A stretch of DNA of 64,000 nucleotides. Source: Phormidesmis sp. (GTDB taxonomy: Bacteria; Cyanobacteriota; Cyanobacteriia; Leptolyngbyales; Leptolyngbyaceae). The stretch lies in contig CBDFJR010000005.1 in NCBI GenBank assembly GCA_965248535.1, positions 32,001-96,000 of the forward strand. Reading direction: 5' to 3'. A program made the position numbers and the translations under genes. Positions 20,344 to 33,230 of the stretch are shown in pieces (positions within the stretch are counted from its first letter, which is position 1; each line of letters begins with the position of its first letter). Below the pieces are notes generated by a model. That model saw only the letters and a list, made by a program, of their open reading frames with translations. It was not told the DNA's origin and searched no databases.

Positions 20344-23300
20344 CTAGCTGCCGCCGATTCGGGCGACATCGCGGACGTTTTCTTCAAAGGCGGCGGTGAG
20401 CGCGTCATCGCCACTTAAGCCAGCGGCGATCGCTGAGGAAATTGCTTGCAACACCCGCTTATAATCTTTGGGCATCACCTTGACAAACTTAGGCAGCATC
20501 TCCTCCCAGTGGGCGAGAACTTTAGAAGCTTTTTGGCTTTGGGTGTAGTCGGCGTGCTGCTGGATTAGTTGCCGAAGGTCAGCGATTTCTTCAGCATCTT
20601 CTAAGGTTTCGAGTCCGACCATTTGTGGATTACAGCGTGTTGCGAAGTCGCCCTGCTCATCGAGAACGTAGGCAACCCCACCGCTCATGCCTGCTGCAAA
20701 GTTGCGTCCGGTTTTGCCGAGAATCACGACTTTGCCGCCCGTCATATATTCGCAGCCGTGGTCGCCAACACCTTCTACGATCGTGTTCACACCAGAGTTA
20801 CGCACCCCAAAGCGTTCGCCGACCATGCCTCGGATATAAACCTCGCCAGAGGTCGCCCCGTAAAGCGCCACGTTTCCGGCGATGACGTTTTCTTCGGCAG
20901 CGAAGGTGGATTTTGCCGACGGATAGAGGATGATTTTGCCGCCGCTCAAGCCTTTACCGAGATAGTCATTGGCATCGCCTTCGAGCTTGAGGGTGACACC
21001 TTTGGGCACGAATGCGCCAAAGCTCTGACCTGCACTGCCCTGAAAGTGAAGCTGGATGGTGTCTTCAGGCAAGCCGTGCCAGTGGCGTTTGGTGATTTCG
21101 TTGCCCAGAATGGTGCCGACGGCGCGATTCACATTCTTAATCGGTAGGGTGGCTGAGATCGGTGAACCCGTCTCGATCGCGCCTTTGCACAAGTCAAGCA
21201 GCGTCGTGATATCGAGGGATTTGTCGAGTCCGTGGTCTTGCGGAATCTGACAATAGCGCCCCACATCATCCCCAACTTCTGGCTGGTAAAGGATTTTTGA
21301 GAAATCGAGTCCTTTTGCCTTCCAGTGTTCGACGGCTTGCTTGGGTTCGAGAACGTCGGTGCGTCCGACCATTTCGTCGATCGTGCGGAAGCCCAACTTC
21401 GCCATCAGTTCGCGGACTTCTTGGGCGATGAAGGTCATGAAGTTGACGGTGTGCGCGGGATCGCCTGTGAAGTTCTTCCGCAGCAGGGGATCTTGCGTCG
21501 CGACTCCAACCGGACAGGTGTTGAGGTGGCACACGCGCATCATAATGCAGCCCAGCGTCACGAGGGGAGCGGTCGCAAATCCAAATTCCTCAGCGCCGAG
21601 CAGGGCGGCGATCACCACATCGCGTCCGGTTTTCATCTGTCCATCGGTTTCAACGACGATGCGGCTGCGGAGGTTATTGAGAACAAGGGTTTGGTGCGTT
21701 TCCGCGAGTCCGAGTTCCCACGGCAGACCTGCGTGTTTGATCGAGGTTTGGGGCGATGCGCCTGTGCCGCCGTCGAAGCCAGAAATCAGCACCACATCGG
21801 CGTGAGCTTTGGCAACCCCGGCGGCGATCGTGCCCACTCCCACTTCTGACACCAGCTTGACGCTGACGCGTGCGGCTCGGTTGGCGTTTTTTAAATCGTG
21901 AATCAACTCGGCGAGGTCTTCGATCGAGTAAATATCATGGTGCGGCGGTGGCGAAATCAGTCCCACGCCGGGCGTTGAGTGACGCACTTTGGCGATCCAG
22001 GGATAGACTTTTTTGCCCGGAAGCTGTCCGCCTTCGCCCGGTTTCGCGCCCTGGGCCATCTTGATCTGAATTTCTCGCGCTTGAGACAGATAGAGGCTCG
22101 TCACTCCAAACCGACCGGATGCCACTTGCTTGATAGCGCTGTTTTTCGAGTCGCCGCGATCGTTTGTCCAGGTGTAGCGATCGGGGTCTTCGCCGCCTTC
22201 GCCCGTGTTGGATTTGCCGCCGATGCGGTTCATGGCGATCGCCAAGGATTCGTGTGCCTCTTGAGAAATCGAGCCGTAGCTCATCGCGCCCGTTTTGAAG
22301 CGCTTGGTAATGGTTTCAATGGATTCAACTTCCTCGATCGGGATCGATTCGCGTTGCTTAAAGTCCAGCATTCCGCGCAGGGTGTAGTGCTTTTGACCTT
22401 GCTCATTCACCAAGGCGGCGTATTGCTTGTAAGCGTCATAGCTGCCGCTACGAACTGCTTTTTGCAACGTGTGAATCGTTTGGGGACTGAAGAGGTGCGC
22501 CTCGCCTTCTTTGCGCCATTGATATTCGCCGCCCACATCAAGCGTGTGACCGTTGACCTCGCGATCGGGAAACGCATGGCTGTGCCGCAGCGCTGCTTCT
22601 TTGGCGATGACTTCGAGATCGGCACCTTCGATGCGCGAAGCTGTCCAGGTGAAATATTTATCGACGATCGACCGATTTAGCCCGATCGCTTCAAAAATCT
22701 GGGCACCTCGATAGCTCTGAATGGTGGAAATTCCGATCTTAGAGGCGACTTTGGTGACTCCCTTGGTGGCCGCTTTGACGTAATTTTTACAAGCAGTTTT
22801 GTAATCGACGTTGACCAGCAATCCTTGGTGAATCATATCCGCCATCGACTCAAACGCCAGATAGGGATTGATCGCCCCGCAGCCATAGCCAATCAGCATC
22901 GCGTAGTGATGCACTTCACGAGGTTCGCCCGATTCAAGGACGAGTCCGACTCGTGTACGAGTGCCTTCCCGAATTAGATGGTGATGCAGTCCCGCGACAG
23001 CAAGCAGCGCGGGGATCGGGGCATTTGTTGGGTTTACGCCTCGATCGGAGAGAATCAGAATATTCGCGCCCGACCCAATGGCTTGATTGGCCCGATCGCA
23101 AATCTGCTCCATCGCCGCCTCAAGTCCGGTTGCGCCCTTTTGGGGATCGAACACGATCGGCAGCGTCACTGATTTGAAGCCGCCTTCATCAATGTGCTTG
23201 AGTTTGGCTAATTCTTCATTGCTGAGAATCGGTGTTTTGAGTTCGATCAGATGACAGCTTTCGGGTTCTGGCTTGAGAAGATTTCGTTCCGACCCGATCG

Positions 23301-24933
23301 TGGTTTCGGCTGACGTAATAATCTCTTCGCGAATGGAGTCGATCGGCGGATTTGTGACCTGAGCAAATAGCTGCTGAAAGTAGTCGTAGAGAAGCTTAGG
23401 ACGGTCAGACAAGACCGAAAGCGGCGTGTCGGCACCCATTGCCCCAACTGCTTCTACGCCATCTCGCGCCATCGGGGTTAACAACAGCCGCAAGTCTTCA
23501 AAGCTATAGCCAAAAGCAGTCTGACGCTGAATAATCGGGGTAAAGGTTTCATCTGCCTCCATTGGAGCGTCTTTCACCGTCGCGAGTTCGACCATGTGCT
23601 GGTTGATCCACTCACGATAGGGATGCTCGGTGGCGACTTGGTTTTTGATCTCATCGTCGGCAACGATGCGCCCTTCTTCCATGTTGACGAGAAACATCCG
23701 TCCGGGTTCTAACCGACCTTTTGAGGCGACTCGCTCAGGCTCGATCGGCAACACGCCCGCCTCAGATGCCATGATCACCAGATCGTCTTTCGTGACGTAA
23801 TAGCGAGACGGACGCAGACCATTCCGATCGAGCACCGCACCCACCATCGTGCCGTCGGTGAAAGCGATCGACGCAGGGCCATCCCACGGCTCCATTAAGC
23901 AGGAATGATATTCGTAAAACGCTTTTTTCTCGTCGCTCATCGACTCGTGGGCCGTCCACGGTTCGGGGATCATCATCATCATGGCGTGGGGCAACGATCG
24001 ACCCGATAACACCAGCAGTTCGAGCGCGTTGTCAAAAATCGTGGAGTCGCTGCCCTCAACATTAATCACAGGCTGGATCTTCTGCATATCGTCGCCAAAT
24101 AGCTCTGACTCAAACAGCGACTGACGGGCATTCATCCAGTTGATGTTGCCGCGCATCGTGTTGATCTCGCCGTTGTGGGCAATGTAGCGATAAGGGTGCG
24201 ATCGTTCCCAGCTTGGAAACGTGTTGGTGCTAAATCGAGAATGCACCAGCGCCAGCGCGCTTTCAATGTCGGGATCGCTGAGTTCAGGATAATATTGCCC
24301 GACCTGCGCGGTCATCAGCATTCCTTTATAGACGATCGTGCGGCACGACAAACTCGCCGGATACCAGCACAAATCAATCTGAGTCGCCCGAATTGCATTG
24401 TGCGATCGCTTGCGAATCACATACAGCTTCCGCTCAAAATCGGTGTCGTTCGTCATCTCCGCAGCACGCTGAATGAACACCTGCTGCATAAACGGTTCGC
24501 TAGACTTTGCCGTGTTGCCCAGCGAGTCATGATTCGTCGGCACATCGCGCCAGCCCAAAACCTTCTGACCTTCTTCTGCCACGACTTGCTCAAAAATTTG
24601 CCGACTCTGGGCGCGAGTGGCCCGATCGGGCGACGCATAAATCATGCCCACGCCATACTCTCCGGCATCAGGCAGCGTGACGTTTTCTAGGGCTGCCACC
24701 CGCTTGAGAAACTTGTGGGGCACCTGCATCAAAATGCCCGCTCCGTCTCCAGTATTGGTTTCACATCCGCACGCCCCGCGATGCTCAAGATTGACAAGAA
24801 TGGTCAATGCTTGCTCAACGATCGCGTGTGACTTTTCGCCCTTCATGTGCACAATAAACCCGACACCGCAGGCATCGTGCTCGAACTGCGGATCATAGAG
24901 TCCTTGTTTTGGCGGCAGTCCGTTACTATTCAT
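20344..24933 (-). CDS. gltB: Glutamate synthase large subunit
   Basis: [56 protein letters not shown]; likely start ATG 24933. Confidence 0.97.
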   Translation of the reverse strand: MNSNGLPPKQGLYDPQFEHDACGVGFIVHMKGEKSHAIVEQALTILVNLEHRGACGCETNTGDGAGILMQVPHKFLKRVAALENVTLPDAGEYGVGMIYASPDRATRAQSRQIFEQVVAEEGQKVLGWRDVPTNHDSLGNTAKSSEPFMQQVFIQRAAEMTNDTDFERKLYVIRKRSHNAIRATQIDLCWYPASLSCRTIVYKGMLMTAQVGQYYPELSDPDIESALALVHSRFSTNTFPSWERSHPYRYIAHNGEINTMRGNINWMNARQSLFESELFGDDMQKIQPVINVEGSDSTIFDNALELLVLSGRSLPHAMMMMIPEPWTAHESMSDEKKAFYEYHSCLMEPWDGPASIAFTDGTMVGAVLDRNGLRPSRYYVTKDDLVIMASEAGVLPIEPERVASKGRLEPGRMFLVNMEEGRIVADDEIKNQVATEHPYREWINQHMVELATVKDAPMEADETFTPIIQRQTAFGYSFEDLRLLLTPMARDGVEAVGAMGADTPLSVLSDRPKLLYDYFQQLFAQVTNPPIDSIREEIITSAETTIGSERNLLKPEPESCHLIELKTPILSNEELAKLKHIDEGGFKSVTLPIVFDPQKGATGLEAAMEQICDRANQAIGSGANILILSDRGVNPTNAPIPALLAVAGLHHHLIREGTRTRVGLVLESGEPREVHHYAMLIGYGCGAINPYLAFESMADMIHQGLLVNVDYKTACKNYVKAATKGVTKVASKIGISTIQSYRGAQIFEAIGLNRSIVDKYFTWTASRIEGADLEVIAKEAALRHSHAFPDREVNGHTLDVGGEYQWRKEGEAHLFSPQTIHTLQKAVRSGSYDAYKQYAALVNEQGQKHYTLRGMLDFKQRESIPIEEVESIETITKRFKTGAMSYGSISQEAHESLAIAMNRIGGKSNTGEGGEDPDRYTWTNDRGDSKNSAIKQVASGRFGVTSLYLSQAREIQIKMAQGAKPGEGGQLPGKKVYPWIAKVRHSTPGVGLISPPPHHDIYSIEDLAELIHDLKNANRAARVSVKLVSEVGVGTIAAGVAKAHADVVLISGFDGGTGASPQTSIKHAGLPWELGLAETHQTLVLNNLRSRIVVETDGQMKTGRDVVIAALLGAEEFGFATAPLVTLGCIMMRVCHLNTCPVGVATQDPLLRKNFTGDPAHTVNFMTFIAQEVRELMAKLGFRTIDEMVGRTDVLEPKQAVEHWKAKGLDFSKILYQPEVGDDVGRYCQIPQDHGLDKSLDITTLLDLCKGAIETGSPISATLPIKNVNRAVGTILGNEITKRHWHGLPEDTIQLHFQGSAGQSFGAFVPKGVTLKLEGDANDYLGKGLSGGKIILYPSAKSTFAAEENVIAGNVALYGATSGEVYIRGMVGERFGVRNSGVNTIVEGVGDHGCEYMTGGKVVILGKTGRNFAAGMSGGVAYVLDEQGDFATRCNPQMVGLETLEDAEEIADLRQLIQQHADYTQSQKASKVLAHWEEMLPKFVKVMPKDYKRVLQAISSAIAAGLSGDDALTAAFEENVRDVARIGGS

Positions 24934-25612
24934 GGCGATAAACCTAAAAAATGACGACGTAAAAGTGGGCATCTAGAGCGCGAGATGCGGCAACTCCAGA
25001 CATGGATTTTCTAACGAGGATTGTCGATCGAGGTCAAGTCTTAAGGAAATCGTCAGATCTACTGACTCACACCTCGGCTCTTTTCTGGCTAGTTTGAGCA
25101 GCGCAGCCGAGCCTGGTTAACCTTGAAATCCTTTTCAGCAGAGAGTTTTAGAGAGCCGTATTTCTCCACATTGTTTCAGTAGACGACACAATTTGAAGGC
25201 CATGGGATTTCTGTAACAAATGCTTACCAAACCGCCATTAAAAAAGCTGCCATCCTTTAACAGAACAGCAGCGATGAGAGCAAAATTAAATGGTGAGATG
25301 GGCTAGACGCGCTAGCGCTTGAAACCCCGCGATCGTGCCAGTTCTAAATCTCGATTCAGAAGGACAACTGGGACGTTTATGTAGCGCTTAGAGAATCTAA
25401 ATACAAATTGGCACAACTTACTGAAAACCGATCTAGTATTTTTACCAAGTTTGCAGAAGCTTTAAGCAATATTAACGGCCCGATCGCTGAGAAAAAGCAG
25501 CGCGATCTCAGTCCTGTCAGGGTTTCTGCGGAGTGAGGTCAAATCGAATATCAATCGACGATGAAGCACACCGTCAATCGGGGATCTAAACTAAAAGAGT
25601 TGCGTTTGGCGA

Positions 25613-27310
25613 GTGGCATTTATCGAGACAGTCTACGGAAATCTTCAAGGCTTGAAGTCCAGTCAGCTTAAGCAGTTGCAGCGGCTTTATCACCAGCGCT
25701 TACCGGGCGATCGCATCACGACCTCAGAGTTTGCTCAACGGCTAGCGGCCATTAGCACCGAGATCGCTCAACCCGTGTGTACCTATATCAATCGGCGAGG
25801 TCAGGTGCTGCGCGTCGGGGTCGGCAACCCGCGCCAGACTCAGATTCCTGCGGCAGAGTTACCCCGCTATGGGGCCGAGCGGCTGTGCGGCATTCGCTGT
25901 GTGGCGACGCAGTTAAAGCAAGATCCGCCGGGAGAGTCAGCCCTGACAGCAATGGCCATGCAAAGACTGGATGCGCTGGTGATGCTGCCTTTGACAGGCG
26001 GCGGATTTGAGCGACGGGGCGGCGGCGCGACGGGCTATATCAAGGGGGGCTATCTAGCGCACTTGGTGCCTCACCCAGAAGCTAATTGGACAGTTTCGCC
26101 CATTCTCAACCTAGATGAAATTGCCGAGCAAGATTTGATTGAGCTTGTTGAGGGGCTAGAAGCTGAGTTTCGGCGTGAATATACGGCCCAACAGGTCGAT
26201 CGCGATCACGATCAGGTTTTAGTCGTCGGGCTGCTGACCGACAACCGATCGCAGCAAGCCTTTAAAGATGGATTGGCGGAGATTGGGCGACTGGTCGAGA
26301 CGGCTGGGGGAGAAGTCCTACAAACATTGAAGCAGAAGCGTCCGCGTCCCCATCCTCAAACGGTGGTGGGTGAAGGCAAAGTGCAAGAAATCGCGCTTAC
26401 GGCCCAGACGATCGGGGCCAGCTTAGTTGTGTTCGATCGCGATCTTTCTCCCACCCAAGTTCGCAATTTAGAGGCGTTGATTGGGGTGCGGGTCGTCGAT
26501 CGCACCGAAGTGATTCTCGACATTTTTGCCCAGCGCGCTCAGTCGGGGGCAGGCAAATTGCAGGTTGAGTTAGCCCAGCTTGAATATCGGTTGCCGCGAT
26601 TGTCGGGTCGAGGGCAGGCGATGTCTCGACTCGGCGGCGGCATCGGCACCCGCGGCCCTGGTGAAACGAAGTTAGAGACCGAGCGGCGATCGATTCAGCG
26701 TCGCATCACGCGGTTGCAGCAACAAGTGACCCAGCTTCAGGCGCACCGATCGCGAATGCGGCAGCGCCGACAGCACGAAGAAGTGCCCTCGATCGCGGTC
26801 GTCGGCTACACCAACGCCGGAAAATCGACCTTGCTGAACGCTCTCACCAATGCCGAGGTCTACACCGCCGACCAGCTATTTGCGACCCTTGACCCGACCA
26901 CGCGGCGATTGAAGGTGATCGATCCTGTCAGTCATGAATCGACTTCGCTGCTGCTGACCGATACGGTGGGGTTTATTCACGAGTTGCCGCCCTCGTTGGT
27001 CGATGCCTTTCGCGCCACGTTAGAGGAAGTCACCGAAGCCGATGCCCTGCTTCACGTCGTAGATTTGTCGCACCCAGCTTGGCAAAATCAGATCCGATCG
27101 GTGATGAAAATTTTGTCAGAAATGCCGATCGCGCCGGGCCCGGTTCTCTTGGTGTTTAACAAAATCGATCAGGTAGACGGCGAAAATCTGAGCTTGGCCC
27201 AAGAAGAGTTTCCGCAGGGGGCGTTTATCTCAGCTAGCGATCGTCTAGGTCTAGAAACTTTACGGCAACGCCTATGTCAATTGGTTAGATATGCCGGAGC
27301 CGTGCGGTAA
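25613..27310 (+). CDS. hflX: GTPase HflX (long cyanobacterial form)
   Basis: GIGTRGPGETKLE, GYTNAGKSTL, DQLFATLDPTTR, DTVGFI, NKID. Confidence 0.95.
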   Translation: MAFIETVYGNLQGLKSSQLKQLQRLYHQRLPGDRITTSEFAQRLAAISTEIAQPVCTYINRRGQVLRVGVGNPRQTQIPAAELPRYGAERLCGIRCVATQLKQDPPGESALTAMAMQRLDALVMLPLTGGGFERRGGGATGYIKGGYLAHLVPHPEANWTVSPILNLDEIAEQDLIELVEGLEAEFRREYTAQQVDRDHDQVLVVGLLTDNRSQQAFKDGLAEIGRLVETAGGEVLQTLKQKRPRPHPQTVVGEGKVQEIALTAQTIGASLVVFDRDLSPTQVRNLEALIGVRVVDRTEVILDIFAQRAQSGAGKLQVELAQLEYRLPRLSGRGQAMSRLGGGIGTRGPGETKLETERRSIQRRITRLQQQVTQLQAHRSRMRQRRQHEEVPSIAVVGYTNAGKSTLLNALTNAEVYTADQLFATLDPTTRRLKVIDPVSHESTSLLLTDTVGFIHELPPSLVDAFRATLEEVTEADALLHVVDLSHPAWQNQIRSVMKILSEMPIAPGPVLLVFNKIDQVDGENLSLAQEEFPQGAFISASDRLGLETLRQRLCQLVRYAGAVR

Positions 27311-27326
27311 CCCCCAGACAGGACTT

Positions 27327-27366
27327 CTCAGAACTCCGAATTCCCAGAAGAATTCGGAGTTCTGAG
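27327..27366. repeat. Perfect 17-bp inverted repeat downstream of hflX
   Basis: CTCAGAACTCCGAATTC-CCAGAA-GAATTCGGAGTTCTGAG. Confidence 0.85.
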
Positions 27367-27530
27367 TATTAAAACTTAACGTGACTCAATTCCCTGATTT
27401 CTCTATTTCCGCTTCTTCTGCCCTGATCATCACGGCTAACAAATTTTGGGAATGGATAAAGCCGTAACAATTCTGTAAATGAAAGCCTCTACAATGAGTT
27501 GGATTTAAACTCAACGGCTTTAACTTCACT

Positions 27531-30500
27531 ATGCCTCGTCGCCAAGACCTCCACAAAATCATGCTCATCGGCTCCGGCCCCATTGTGATTGGGCAAGCCT
27601 GCGAATTCGACTACTCTGGCACTCAAGCCTGCAAAGCGCTGCGAGATGAAGGATATGAAGTGATCCTGGTCAACTCAAACCCAGCGACCATCATGACCGA
27701 TCCTGAAACCGCCGATCGCACCTACATTGAGCCACTGACCCCTGAATTAGTGGCGTTGATTATCGAGCGAGAACGCCCCGACGCGCTCTTGCCCACCATG
27801 GGGGGACAGACAGCCCTCAACTTGGCGGTCACGCTGGCAAAAAACGGAACCCTGGATAAATACAACGTCGAACTGATTGGCGCAAAACTTCCGGCGATCG
27901 AGATGGCTGAAGATCGCAAGCTATTCAAAGAAGCCATGGGACGGATCGGGGTCGCCGTGTGCCCGTCTGGTCTGGCAGAAACCCTAGAAGAATCTCGCGA
28001 AATCGGCCAACAAATCGGCACCTATCCCTTAATTATTCGCCCTGCTTACACAATGGGCGGCACCGGGGGCGGCATTGCCTATAACCAAAAAGAGTTTGAG
28101 GAGATTGCTCAAACCGGGTTAGATGCCAGCCCAGTGTCTCAGATCTTGATCGAAAAATCTCTGCTCGGCTGGAAGGAGTATGAGCTAGAAGTGATGCGTG
28201 ACCTTGCCGATAACGTCGTGATCATCTGCTCGATCGAGAACATTGACCCGATGGGCATCCACACGGGCGACTCGATCACCGTGGCTCCGGCTCAGACCCT
28301 CACTGACAAAGAATATCAACGGCTGCGCGACGCATCGATCAAGATCATTCGCGAAATCGGGGTCGAGACAGGCGGCTCAAACATCCAGTTTGCGATCAAT
28401 CCGGTGACGGGTGAGCTAGTGGTGATCGAGATGAATCCTCGTGTGTCGCGCAGTTCGGCCCTGGCATCCAAGGCGACCGGGTTCCCGATCGCTAAAATGG
28501 CCGCCAAACTCGCCGTTGGCTACACTCTGGATGAGATCCCCAACGACATCACCAAAAAAACGCCCGCCAGCTTTGAACCCACGATCGATTACGTCGTTAC
28601 CAAAATTCCTCGCTTTGCCTTTGAGAAATTTAGCGGCGCGTCGCAGGTTTTGACGACACAGATGAAGTCTGTGGGTGAGGCCATGGCGATCGGGCGCACC
28701 TTTCAAGAGTCGTTTCAAAAAGCGCTGCGCTCGTTAGAAACCGGACGGGCAGGTTGGGGCTGCGATCGCCAAGAAATGCTGCCCAGTCTTGAACAAATTC
28801 GAGCCGGACTTCGCACCCCAAACCCAGAACGCATCTTCACCGTGCGCCACGCGATGCAAATGGGCATGACCGTTGACGAAATTTATGAGCTAACTAACAT
28901 CGATCCCTGGTTTTTAGACAAGATGCACGACTTGCTAGAAACCGAAAAAATGCTCAAACGCACCACGCTGCAAAGTCTCGACAAAGATAAACTGTATGCC
29001 ATTAAGCGGCAAGGGTTTAGCGATCGTCAAATCGCCTTTGCCACCAAGACTCATGAAGATGAGGTGCGGGCTTATCGCAAGTCTCTGGGCGTGATCCCCG
29101 TCTATAAGACGGTAGACACCTGCGCGGCTGAGTTTGAGGCTCTGACTCCTTACTATTACTCCGCCTACGAAGAAGAAACCGAGGTGCTGCCGTCCGATCG
29201 CCGCAAAGTCATGATCCTGGGCGGCGGGCCGAACCGGATCGGGCAGGGCATTGAGTTTGATTATTGCTGCTGTCACGCTTCTTTCTCGCTCGGTGCCGAT
29301 GGGTTTGAGACGATCATGGTCAACTCCAACCCCGAAACCGTTTCGACGGATTATGACACCAGCGATCGGCTCTATTTTGAGCCGTTGACTAAAGAAGACG
29401 TTCTCAACATCATCGAAGCTGAAAATCCCGAAGGGGTGATCATCCAGTTCGGCGGACAAACTCCGCTCAAGCTGGCAGTTCCGCTACAAGCGGCGCTGAA
29501 GTCACACCCCAAGACCAAAATTTGGGGCACCTCACCTGACTCAATCGACATCGCCGAAGACCGAGAGCGATTTGACAAGATTCTCCGCCAACTCAACATT
29601 CAGCAGCCTCCTAACGGACTTGCCCGCAACTATGAGTCGGCGCGAGAAGTCGCCCAAAAAATTCAATATCCCGTGGTGGTTCGTCCTAGCTATGTGTTGG
29701 GCGGTCGAGCGATGGAAATCGTCTACTCAGATGCCGAGCTAGAGCACTATATGAGCTACGCCGTGCAGATCGAACCCGATCACCCGATTTTGATCGACCA
29801 CTTTTTAGAAAACGCGATCGAGGTCGATGTAGACGCGATCGCGGATATGAGCGGCGAAGTTGTAATCGGCGGCATTATGGAGCACATCGAACAGGCCGGC
29901 ATTCACTCTGGAGACTCGGCTTGCTCGATTCCTTCGATCACCTTGTCAGAACCTGTGCTGAATCAGATCCGCACTTGGACGATCGCGCTGGCCAAAGCCC
30001 TCAAAGTCGTCGGCTTAATGAATATTCAGTTTGCCGTCCAAGGTGAGCAGGTGTTTATTTTAGAAGCGAATCCTCGCGCATCGCGCACCGTCCCTTTTGT
30101 GTCGAAAGCGATCGGGCATCCCCTCGCCCAAATTGCTGCCCGCGTCATGTCTGGCAAAACCCTGGCAGAGTTAAACTTCACCGAAGAAATTATTCCTAAA
30201 CACATCTCCGTCAAAGAAGCGGTGTTGCCCTTCGACAAATTCCCCGGTACCGATACCATTCTGGGCCCCTGAAATGCGATCGACCGGAGAAGTTATGGGC
30301 ATCGATACCGATTTTGGCAAAGCCTTCGCCAAAGCAGAACTCGCTGCCAGTCAACGCCTACCGCTCAAAGGCACCGTGTTTGTGTCGATGAACGATCGCG
30401 AAAAGGCGGCCGTCGTCCCCGTGGTCAAAGACCTGATGGATCTAGGCTTTAGCGTCGTCGCCACCGAAGGCACCCGCAAAGTTTTGATCGAAAGCGGTCT

Positions 30501-30762
30501 AGAAGTCGCGCTGGTGCTCAAGCTCCATGAAGGTAGACCTCACGTTTTAGATTCGATCAAAAATGAGAAAATTCAACTCATTATCAACACCCCGACGGGC
30601 AAAGAAGCGCTGACCGACGATCGCCTGATTCGTCGCACTGCGTTGAGCTACAAGATCCCCATCATCACCACGATCGCAGGTGCCAGAGCAACAGCGGCCG
30701 CGATTCGATCGCTGCAATCTCAGCCGCTCACGGTGCGATCGCTGCAAGAATATCTCCAATAG
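27531..30762 (+). CDS. carB: Carbamoyl-phosphate synthase large subunit; apparent +1 frameshift at 30266-30269
   Basis: [18 protein letters not shown] etc.; removing one C from GGCCCCTGAA restores [16 protein letters not shown] and joins ORF 30274-30762 (MGS domain). Confidence 0.93.
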
Positions 30763-30825
30763 CAATCCCCGAAATCCTTTCCTCAGAGCGACCTTCAGCG
30801 TCCACGCCAGAAGGCGCTCTAGAGG

Positions 30826-31019
30826 CTAGTAGTCCGCCAAACTAACTCTGATGAGTCATGTCGAACTACTTAGCCAAGAGTTCGTTTGCAGGGGGTTTGG
30901 GGGAGGCAACCGTCCCCCAATGGGGGTTTGGGGGCGTGCCCCCAAGGGTCGGAAGCCCAAGACTATCGCATCATCGCCAAAGATCTGTACTAATCAAAGT
31001 TGAATTGGTGAACTACTAG
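30826..31019. mobile_element. MITE-like element, 194 bp
   Basis: 31-bp imperfect terminal IRs (about 24/31) starting CTAGTAGT; internal G/C-run palindromes GGGGGTTTGGGGG...CCCCCAA occurring twice. Confidence 0.7.
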
Positions 31020-31785
31020 GAGAATCGCTCCCAAAAACTTAGATGAACGTTTTTGCGGCAGTTGCTCAGACGGATATGCCCCCTAGTCACCAATTCTGGG
31101 GCTAAAGGTCTGAAACCCGACGCAAAAAACCCCCCAGAAATGTTATAACTTCAAGCTTCTTCTTTTTCTTTTCCTATTTGTTTCGTGTTATGGAAGTTAC
31201 ACTGATATTACAGTCTTCTACCACCCGGCAGATGTGACTTTGTGTAGGGTCAGAGTATCTATATATAATGTGCGATGCTTGACGGTGAGCAACGCTTCAA
31301 GGCTAGACGACAGAATGCCGAAACCCGGAATCAATCGTTGAGAACTCACGAGCGATCGCCCTGGCATTCCGCGATTCACGAGGTTCTGTTTCAAAAGATG
31401 CATTCCTAAGATTGGTTTCTCGCTAGGCTACCGATACGGTCAAAATTCCCAGCACTTCCGCCTCTCTCACTCCTCAAAGTTCCTCAAAGTAAAGAAATAG
31501 CTCTCAGGATCTTTACTTTTGTTAACGAACTCAGACATAATCTTAATAAAGCATTACAAGACACTCATGTCACCTGAGAAGCTCTTCACCAGCCTTTGAA
31601 AGGACAACTCCCAAGCGTTGAAACCAGAAAACATCTCGTCTGAGCCTCCCTCTCAAAGCAAGGCATCCGCCGCTCCAACCTCGCTCAACTGCGCTTCTCT
31701 CATGAAGCACCTGCCAGGGCTGCTACCGTTCTCAGATTGTTCTACGAATACTTAATAATCCGTCATTTCTATCCCATCCAGTTTT

Positions 31786-32742
31786 ATGAAGACAGCCCAG
31801 ACTCCCACCGATTCCGTTCGAGCTTATCTACGTGAAATTGGTCGTGTTCCCCTTCTCTCCCACGAGCAGGAAATTCTCTACGGCAAGCAGGTGCAGCGGC
31901 TTTCGTCGATCAACCACGTTAAAGAAGAGATGGCTCTGACCCTAGGGCGCGAACCAAATCTGTCAGAATGGTTGCAGCAAACGGGGCTGTCTGAAGCCGA
32001 GGTGCAGCAGATCATCTCAGAAGGCGAAATTGCCAAACGCCGCATGGTAGAAGCAAATCTGCGCCTCGTTGTTTCCGTCGCCAAGAAATATACTAAACGC
32101 AACGTAGACCTGATGGATCTGATTCAAGAAGGCACGATCGGGATGCAGCGCGGCGTTGAAAAGTTTGACCCCACCAAAGGCTATCGCTTTTCAACCTATG
32201 CCTATTGGTGGATTCGGCAGGCCATCACCCGTGCGATCGCCGAAAAAGGTCGCACGATTCGCCTACCGATTCACATCACTGAAAAGCTCAACAAGATCAA
32301 AAAAGCCCAGCGTGCTCTGACTCAAAAACTGGGGCGGGCCGCCACTGCCGCAGAGCTTGCTGTAGAGCTTGAACTGACTCCCCGACAGGTGCGTGAATAC
32401 CTAGAGCGGGCGCGATCTCCGCTCTCTCTCGATCTGCGAGTTGGCGACAACCAAGATACCGAGCTTGGTGAGCTTCTAGAAGACACCGGGCCATCACCCG
32501 AAGATTTTGCGGCTCAAACCGCGCTCCGCAACGATCTAGAGGCGCTTATGGCCGATCTCACTCCCCAGCAGCGAGAGGTGCTAGCGTTGCGCTTTGGTCT
32601 AGAAGATGGAAAAGCCCTGACTTTGGCGAAAATCGGCGACCAGCTTAACATCAGCCGTGAGCGCGTTCGTCAGATTGAGCGCGAGGCTCTCACCAAACTC
32701 CGCAAGCGCAAAGGCGACATGGGAGAATATCTGGCCAGCTAG
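31786..32742 (+). CDS. sigD: Group 2 RNA polymerase sigma factor, SigD-like
   Basis: [54 protein letters not shown]; lacks region 1.1. Subtype assignment is from recalled similarity. Confidence 0.8.
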   Translation: MKTAQTPTDSVRAYLREIGRVPLLSHEQEILYGKQVQRLSSINHVKEEMALTLGREPNLSEWLQQTGLSEAEVQQIISEGEIAKRRMVEANLRLVVSVAKKYTKRNVDLMDLIQEGTIGMQRGVEKFDPTKGYRFSTYAYWWIRQAITRAIAEKGRTIRLPIHITEKLNKIKKAQRALTQKLGRAATAAELAVELELTPRQVREYLERARSPLSLDLRVGDNQDTELGELLEDTGPSPEDFAAQTALRNDLEALMADLTPQQREVLALRFGLEDGKALTLAKIGDQLNISRERVRQIEREALTKLRKRKGDMGEYLAS

Positions 32743-32841
32743 TCTCGTAGCATCCCCCCTGCTTCGGTTCGGTTCCACCTACTTACAGGACTCAGTTCTG
32801 TTGTTAGAGTAGGTCTAACAAAAGTTGATTCCGTCCTCTGA

Positions 32842-33195
32842 GTGAGGTTGATAAACGTGAACGATACATCTAATCAAGTTCCAGAGTTCATCAAAAACGG
32901 CGAGTCTGGGCTACTGTGGCAATACGTCCAGTCTCTCAGCCCCGAAACGATCGCTCAACTTTCAAAGCCGTCTTCTGCTGATGTGTTTCAAGTTGTGGAG
33001 CGCAACATCATTGGCTTGTTGGGTGGGTTGCCTTCTGATAACTTCGATGTCACTATTACAACGAGCCGCGAGCATCTAGGTCGGCTCTTGGCATCTGCGA
33101 TGATGAGCGGTTATTTTCTCCGCAATGCCGAACAGCGCATGACGTTTGAGACCGCCTTTCAAGTGGCTGAGTCTAGCTTGTCTGACAAGCCATAA
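32842..33195 (+). CDS. DUF760 family protein
   Basis: LWQYVQSLSPE, TSREHLGRLLASAMMSGYFLRNAEQR. Confidence 0.88.
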   Translation: MRLINVNDTSNQVPEFIKNGESGLLWQYVQSLSPETIAQLSKPSSADVFQVVERNIIGLLGGLPSDNFDVTITTSREHLGRLLASAMMSGYFLRNAEQRMTFETAFQVAESSLSDKP

Positions 33196-33230
33196 TTGTC
33201 GCTGACTTAACCCTGACCTGCCCCCGTGGG

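Noticed and set aside
18938..24898. Many 60-230 aa ORFs overlapping gltB/gltD (and similar ones over carB, tkt, mutY, adh)
   Set aside because: Antisense or alternate-frame shadows of well-supported genes
25213..25227. Possible NtcA site upstream of gltB
   Set aside because: GTA-N9-TAC; spacing is one base longer than the canonical GTA-N8-TAC
30260..30276. Programmed frameshift in carB
   Set aside because: No recognised slippery heptamer or precedent; a homopolymer error is the simpler explanation
31218..31403. 61-aa ORF upstream of sigD
   Set aside because: No motif or RBS evidence; cannot be distinguished from a chance ORF
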